From the NCBI GenBank assembly GCA_965261545.1, contig CBDHDF010000002.1, forward strand, positions 736,001-800,000: DNA of 64,000 nt. The letters are read 5' to 3'. Both the position numbers and the translations under genes were made by a program. A model generated the notes under the pieces. That model was not told where the DNA came from. It made no database searches and was given only the letters and a program-made list of their open reading frames with translations. This document shows, in pieces, positions 58,619 to 64,000 of this stretch (positions are counted from its first letter, which is position 1; every line of letters starts with the position of its first letter). The DNA is from Bdellovibrionales bacterium. Its GTDB lineage: Bacteria; Bdellovibrionota; Bdellovibrionia; Bdellovibrionales; UBA1609.

Positions 58619-60517
58619 CCTGAAATCCCTAAAAGTTGTAACTAGGTGTAGGACTTAAGTCCTGATTATTGTCTGAGAAGGCCTTCACTTTGATTAAGAG
58701 ATTGTCATCTCTTCAAAAGCATAGTTACAATATTAACGATGTCATACACTTTTGAGCAAAAAAATAAGGGAAAAACCTATGTCTATAAAGTTGAAAGCTT
58801 TTGGGACAAGGAAAAAAAGCAGGCCAGGCAAAAACGCATCTACCTTGGAAGAAAGGATGAGTTTACAGGTCAAATTAAGACCAAAAGAAAAAAGATTCCC
58901 ATAGGCTCCTATAATGTGGGAGCCTTATTTTTCTTAGAGAAAATATGCGAACAACTAAATCTTCTAAAAACATTGTCTAAAATTTATCCAGATAATTACG
59001 AACATTATTTGCATTTAGCTTTTTTTAAAATAATCAAAAGAGAGCCCTTTTATCTTTACGATATGTGGTGTCAAGAAGCTTATGTTTCAAAGAAAAATTT
59101 TATGTCGTCACAAAAAATAAGCAATCTCTTATGTGATCTTGGGAGAGATCAAAAAAAGATAGAATCTTTCTTTAGCGAATGGATAAGTCAAGTGAAGGGT
59201 TCTGGTACGGTAATGTTTGACATCACATCCTTTTCTTCCTACTCTATGAATAATGAATTTTTAGAGAAAGGTTACAACAGAGATGGAGAGAATCTCGAAC
59301 AGATAAACTTAGGTCTGATAAGTAGGAAATCTGAAGACAATAAAACTCATACGCCTATAGCGTACAGAATCTATCCTGGAAGTATACCGGATGTCAAAAC
59401 TTTATCGAAGATTATTGAGATCATAACAAGTTATAAATTAGATTTAGATTGTTTAGTTATGGATAAGGGTTTTTCTAGTGTAGAAAATATTAAGGGACTG
59501 CATCGTAAGGAATTGAAGTATTTGATACCCATGAGTTTTAGAACAAAACTCTCAAGAGAGCTTTCTGTGGCTTTAAATGAGAAAATAAAATCTCCATCAT
59601 GCTCTTTTACTTTTAATGAGGAAATTTATTCGCATTGCAAAGAATCAATAAAAATCGGAGGATTTGATTGTACGGCTCATATTTTCTTAGACAAAGAAAG
59701 AAGGGTTTATGAGGAATCTGTGTTAATGAAAGAGTTGCTTGATTTTATGAAACTCTTTCTTGAGAAAGATTTGAAATCAGAAGAACAAGCTAGTTCCTAT
59801 ATGAAAGAAACTTTAGGAAATAAAAAAAGGTTTCTCAATATCTCTGATTGCACTCCATTTAAGATTTCTTTAAATGAAGAAAATATTAATGAAGAATCTT
59901 CTACGCTGGGTATTATGATATTAATTACAAATAGTCATGATTTAAAGAAAACAGATATATTGAGTTTATATCGAAACAAAGATATCATTGAGAAAGTATT
60001 TTTCTCATTCAAGCATGATATTAATGGAAGGAGAAGTCGAGTTCATTCTCTCATGAATATGAGGGGAAGCATCTTTATTAATTTTCTCTCTTTAATTTTA
60101 ATTTCACATATTGATACTGTTATGAAAGATAAGAAGTTATATAAAAAAATGTCTAAAATAGAAATTTACAAAATGATGGACCGATTAAAATTTTATGAAT
60201 TAGCTACAGGTGATCTGATGCTTGGAGAGCTGTCTAAAAAACAAAAGGATATTTTTTCAGCCTTCCAAATAGATGGGCTTCCCAAGACAAAATGATGTTT
60301 TTTATCTGTTTCAAATGTGACGGTGGCTGTGGCTACCACTATGCCTCATCTATCCAATGGAGACGAAGAGGACCTTTCGCAGCAAATTCTTATGAATCAT
60401 ATTAAATATATTAATACTATTAAACCTCTCAAACCGTTGACAGCAGCCAATTCCATAGGAAGAGAGGAAAGTTAACGCAATACATTAAACCTAGTTACAA
60501 CTTTTAGGGATTTCAGG
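58619..60517 (+). mobile_element. IS1634-family element (1899 bp)
   Basis: Perfect 28-bp IRs CCTGAAATCCCTAAAAGTTGTAACTAGG; 6-bp target duplication TAGCTT at 58613..58618 and 60518..60523. Confidence 0.95.
58739..60295 (+). CDS. IS1634-family transposase
   Basis: N-terminal YVY.VES.WD, FDITS, GYNRD, QINLG, MDKGF and YRNKDIIEKVF. Confidence 0.92.
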   Translation: MSYTFEQKNKGKTYVYKVESFWDKEKKQARQKRIYLGRKDEFTGQIKTKRKKIPIGSYNVGALFFLEKICEQLNLLKTLSKIYPDNYEHYLHLAFFKIIKREPFYLYDMWCQEAYVSKKNFMSSQKISNLLCDLGRDQKKIESFFSEWISQVKGSGTVMFDITSFSSYSMNNEFLEKGYNRDGENLEQINLGLISRKSEDNKTHTPIAYRIYPGSIPDVKTLSKIIEIITSYKLDLDCLVMDKGFSSVENIKGLHRKELKYLIPMSFRTKLSRELSVALNEKIKSPSCSFTFNEEIYSHCKESIKIGGFDCTAHIFLDKERRVYEESVLMKELLDFMKLFLEKDLKSEEQASSYMKETLGNKKRFLNISDCTPFKISLNEENINEESSTLGIMILITNSHDLKKTDILSLYRNKDIIEKVFFSFKHDINGRRSRVHSLMNMRGSIFINFLSLILISHIDTVMKDKKLYKKMSKIEIYKMMDRLKFYELATGDLMLGELSKKQKDIFSAFQIDGLPKTK

Positions 60518-61177
60518 TAGCTTGGTTAATGTTGTTGATTTGCCTTCTCACCTCCGTCCCTTTCTTGGTAAACATAGCCCGACACTCTGTCCATGTGGTG
60601 TTAATGTCGGTCACTGTAAGAGAGCTGATAAAAGGGCCTTGGGCACTGGTTCCACAGTGAGCAACCGTATCTGTTTGTATATAACCAGGCCTTGTGACCT
60701 TGGAGTCCAGTGTATTGATGGGAACCTTATTTTTCATATATTGGGCAGGACAGGTTGTGGACAATCCCTTAGAGACCAATGAAGCCAAGCGAATTTCCTT
60801 CAGATAACGCTTCAAGGTGCTGGCACTCATTTTTTCTAACTGAAGCTTTAAGTGGGGAGGACACGACTCATAATTGGGGAGCCAATCCGGTAGAGCGGCT
60901 TTTATTCGTACAGCCGAGATTTTTTCCATTTGTTCCCACAAATATTTGATGTGGGGTCGTAACTCCTCTTGAGAATAAGCCAGAGGCCTCCCCGACCGCT
61001 TGAGTGGCACAGAGCCATTTATTTTGTTGAATCTCGTTTAATCTCCTTGAGTCGCTTCCTAGAGAGGTTTGTGACCAGTTCCGCATGATCTAGCAACTCC
61101 CCTTTTTTAGCCTTAGAACTTTGTTGATATAAGCCTGAAATTGCAGTTAAGTAAGCATTAACAGCCGACTCCCTCAC
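60518..61177 (-). pseudogene. Outer-IS transposase, N-terminal fragment (frameshifted near 61020-61050)
   Basis: GTG start with GAGGGGG RBS; YQQSSKAKKGELLD, GRPLAY, MSASTLKRYL and PGYIQTDTVAHCG. Joins the middle fragment as NQA-IPFK when IS1634 is removed. Confidence 0.85.
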
Positions 61178-61524
61178 TGAAGACCCCCTCGTTGATTGTT
61201 TGTTTCCAAAGATCAATCTTACTGAGAGGATCAACAGAGGGGTAGCTCGGCTGATCTGTTTTAGAAGGCGTAACAACCGGTGTCTTATTGAGTGAGGGAG
61301 TCTCCTCAACGCACATTTTTGACTCAAAAAGAGAAAAGTGGGAACTCGGTGTCGGAATAATGAGCCAGCCAGGTGGAGGACCATAACCCGGGCACCACGA
61401 AGGTGTTTTAATGTGATGCGTCTTGGTGTCGTTATTTTTGACCCAATTCGCTCTCCACCCAAACTCAAGTGCACAAGTAAATTATATTTGACTTTTGGCA
61501 AGAACAGCCTTAGAGTTACTTATT

Positions 61525-61851
61525 ATGATCAAAATTTCAGAGACAGCTGCCAATAGAATAGAGTTCATTAAAACCGAGGAAGATCATTCTGATGATACCT
61601 TTTTGCGTGTTCATGTGAAGCGTGGTGGGTGCTCAGGCTTTTCCTATAAAATGGACTTTGACCATGAATTGAAAGATGGTGACAAGGTCTTCAAAGATCG
61701 AGATGTCCAACTTGTGGTTGATTCTCAGAGCCTTCTTTACATTCTTGGTATGACTCTGGATTATGAGGGTGGTCTTAATGGACAAGGTTTTGTCTTTTCA
61801 AACCCCAATGCCACAAAGACCTGTGGTTGTGGTTCAAGTTTTGCCGTCTAA
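61525..61851 (+). CDS. iscA: Iron-sulfur cluster assembly accessory protein (IscA/HesB family)
   Basis: GGCSGFSY and NPNATKTCGCGSSF. Confidence 0.93.
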   Translation: MIKISETAANRIEFIKTEEDHSDDTFLRVHVKRGGCSGFSYKMDFDHELKDGDKVFKDRDVQLVVDSQSLLYILGMTLDYEGGLNGQGFVFSNPNATKTCGCGSSFAV

Positions 61852-61872
61852 CCCCTTTATATTTATGAGGTC

Positions 61873-63039
61873 TTAACGAATGGCCGATAACCCTGTGAGT
61901 TCCAAGCCAACCACAAGCCTATGGATATCCTCGGTGCCCTCGTAGGTATTGACACTCTCCAAGTTGAGCATATGTCGAATGACAGGGTACTCGTCAATGA
62001 CTCCGTTGGCTCCCAACATATCCCGAGCTTCACGGGCAATCTCAAGGGCGGCTTTGCAGTTATTCATTTTGACCATGGAAACATGGGCCGGGTTCATTTT
62101 TTTAGCTTCCTTGAGCCGTCCCAATTGAAGAGACATAAATTGGGCTTTGGTGATCTCTTGAGCCATATAAACCAGTTTGCGTTGAGCCAATTGATATTGA
62201 GCAAGGGGCTTATCATCAAAAATTTTGCGCTCCTTGGAGTAGTGGAGGGCTTCGTGGTAGCAGGCATTGGCGGCACCAATCACGCCCCAAGTGATACCGT
62301 AGCGAGCCTGTGTGAGGCAGCTAAGAGGCCCCTTAAGCCCCTCTACATGGGGAAGAATCGCTGTGTCTGGGACCACACAATCCTCAAAGTGCAGTTCCGA
62401 AGTGACGCTGACGCGAAGAGAAAATTTTCCTTTCATAGGGCTGGTGGAGAAACCAAGGGTGTCTTTTTCCACAATAAAGCCTCGAATCACACCGTCGAGC
62501 TTTCCCCATACAATGGCGATATCGGCAATACAGCCATTGGTGATCCACATTTTATTTCCATTGAGCTTATAGCCTTCGGGAACTCTTTCAATGCGAGTAA
62601 GCATATTTCCTGGGTTGGATCCCGCATCAGGCTCTGTCAGACCAAAGCAGCCAATGAGTTTTCCTTGAGTCATGGCGGGGAGGTATTTCTCTTTTTGCTC
62701 CTCAGAACCGTAGGCCCAAATAGGAAACATCACCAAAGAGCCTTGAACGGAGCAAAAAGAGCGAATCCCCGAATCACCTCGCTCAAGTTCTTCCATCGCC
62801 AATCCATAGGCGACATCCCCGAGCCCTGGGCAACCGTAACCTTGAATCGTAGTACCTAGAAGGCCGAGTTTAGCAAATTGAGGTATGAGCTGGGATGGAA
62901 ACTGCTCGTTGCGATGACAGCCCTGGAGGAGGGGAGTGACTTCTTGACTGACAAAGTCACGAATAGAGCCCCTCACCATAAGCTCTTCTTCGGTGAGAAG
63001 GCTATCAAAATCCAAGTAATTCAAAGATTTATAGACCAT
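61873..63039 (-). CDS. Acyl-CoA dehydrogenase, glutaryl-CoA dehydrogenase-like
   Basis: ELERGDSGIRS, GCFGLTEPDAGS, KMWITNG and NLESVNTYEGT; GGAGG RBS before 63039. Confidence 0.9.
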   Translation of the reverse strand: MVYKSLNYLDFDSLLTEEELMVRGSIRDFVSQEVTPLLQGCHRNEQFPSQLIPQFAKLGLLGTTIQGYGCPGLGDVAYGLAMEELERGDSGIRSFCSVQGSLVMFPIWAYGSEEQKEKYLPAMTQGKLIGCFGLTEPDAGSNPGNMLTRIERVPEGYKLNGNKMWITNGCIADIAIVWGKLDGVIRGFIVEKDTLGFSTSPMKGKFSLRVSVTSELHFEDCVVPDTAILPHVEGLKGPLSCLTQARYGITWGVIGAANACYHEALHYSKERKIFDDKPLAQYQLAQRKLVYMAQEITKAQFMSLQLGRLKEAKKMNPAHVSMVKMNNCKAALEIAREARDMLGANGVIDEYPVIRHMLNLESVNTYEGTEDIHRLVVGLELTGLSAIR

Positions 63040-63339
63040 ATGACCTCCTGTCCCCAACTCTGTTGCAACAGTGCTTCAAGTTTTTTATCCATACATAACC
63101 CTACATCTGCAAATTATAAATTATATCATAGGTCACATGATTTTTTCTATTGCCATATTGCTTTTTTATGTTGTAGCATCCCTACGTCTTTGTCAAACAT
63201 CGAGGACAATTTTGCTATAACTAATGAGACTATCAACTGAGTCACTGAAAGAGCTAAGCTTTGGTCCTTTCAGAAGAAACCAGTGAAGAAATCGTTGAGA
63301 GATCATCACCTCAACGTATTCACAGGAGGAGTTTGAATA

Positions 63340-64000
63340 GTGAATCATCGAAATAATCAGCGTTATATCTTTACACATGAGCTTTTTGCCCATGGAACCC
63401 GTCAAGGTAACCCTCATAATCCCCCCTATAACTCTTTCCTTCCTGTCCTTAAAGTTCTTAAAATCGTTTTCTTTTTGGGCTCATTTTTTTATGGAGCTTC
63501 TGTGTTCGCCAGTGATTTTGCTGAAAAGGTGAGCGTTGATGAGTTGAAGTATGTTCTTAATAGCTTGGGACTCATGGCTTCTGCCGCATTGGTGATGTTT
63601 ATGGCCGCAGGTTTTTGTATGTTGGAGTGTGGCCTCGTGCGAGGTAAAAGTGCAGCAGTTATTTGTTTCAAAAATCTGTTTCTCTATGCCTTGGCTTGCA
63701 TTTGCTATTATTTAGTTGGCTACAACCTGATGTTTGATAATGTGGGCTCGTGGATGGGCTCATTTTCACCTTTATTGCACATAACATCAGCAGAAATGAA
63801 TTTCTTGGCCCGTCCAGAGGATGCAAACAATTTAAATGCGGTTGTCGGTGGAGATGCCTTTTCTCTCGGTACGGCTTTGTTTCAAATGGTCTTTGTGGCA
63901 ACGGCAGCCTCCATTGTTTCAGGGGCCCTTGCTGAAAGAGTTAAACTTTGGTCCTTTATGGCCTTGGTGGCTGTTTTGTGTGCCATTATATACCCCTTTG
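63340..64000 (+). CDS. amtB: Ammonium transporter (Amt family), 5' part; runs off window
   Basis: Frame 1 reads LVMFMAAGFCMLECGLVR, KN, GYNLMF and FQMVFVATAASIVSGALAER; AGGAGG RBS before GTG 63340. Missing from the ORF track because there is no stop in the window. Confidence 0.9.
   Translation, partial: MNHRNNQRYIFTHELFAHGTRQGNPHNPPYNSFLPVLKVLKIVFFLGSFFYGASVFASDFAEKVSVDELKYVLNSLGLMASAALVMFMAAGFCMLECGLVRGKSAAVICFKNLFLYALACICYYLVGYNLMFDNVGSWMGSFSPLLHITSAEMNFLARPEDANNLNAVVGGDAFSLGTALFQMVFVATAASIVSGALAERVKLWSFMALVAVLCAIIYPF

Larger units (their letters stand above)
47066..61450 (-). mobile_element. Outer DDE (rve) IS of about 1.49 kb (ISNCY/ISLbi1-like, family tentative), split by nested elements
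   Basis: Imperfect ~30-bp IRs cg(t/a)attgggtca...aacgacaccaag at 47066..47095 and 61422..61450, flanked by a CTCT(C) direct repeat. The transposase is in three pieces. Confidence 0.85.

Noticed and set aside
61178..61501. N-terminal half of ORF 61019..61501 as protein-coding
   Set aside because: It runs through the outer IS end and leader. Transposase similarity and an RBS begin only at GTG 61177.
61921..62859. 312-aa plus-strand ORF and many other short ORFs in the track
   Set aside because: They are antisense or alternative-frame shadows of well-supported genes and have no recognisable motifs.

Overview
Bacterial chromosomal window of about 43% GC. Gene content (alternative complex III, IcmF, MltA, Gly/Cys-rich secreted proteins) resembles Bdellovibrionota, and the DUF285/BspA-like, Rpn and RHS genes hint at a host-associated lifestyle; both points are inference. 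The housekeeping backbone is dnaK (3' part), trpS, purSQLF, icmF (frameshifted), tRNA-fMet, mltA, valS, aroC, a PduO-type adenosyltransferase, actABCDEF, a beta-carbonic anhydrase, iscA, an acyl-CoA dehydrogenase and amtB (5' part). Accessory content has five parts. (i) Three AT-rich DUF285-repeat lipoprotein paralogs each lie tail-to-tail with a housekeeping operon. (ii) A DUF4258/HTH toxin-antitoxin cassette plus an IS3 left-end remnant is bracketed by a 693-bp chromosomal duplication. (iii) An N-formylglutamate amidohydrolase is fused in frame to TolC. (iv) Two tandem signal-peptide 'mini-RHS' proteins carry His/Cys protease-like tips and have no immunity genes. (v) A 14.4-kb four-level nested mobile element can be resolved to the base. 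Its outer ~1.5-kb DDE IS is split by IS1634 and by an 11-kb tyrosine-integrase element that shares only a 2-bp TG core. That element carries an Rpn nuclease, a DGR-target-like FGE-sulfatase lipoprotein and an IS21, which is itself split by a passenger-carrying IS4. No CRISPR array, rRNA or reverse transcriptase was seen.
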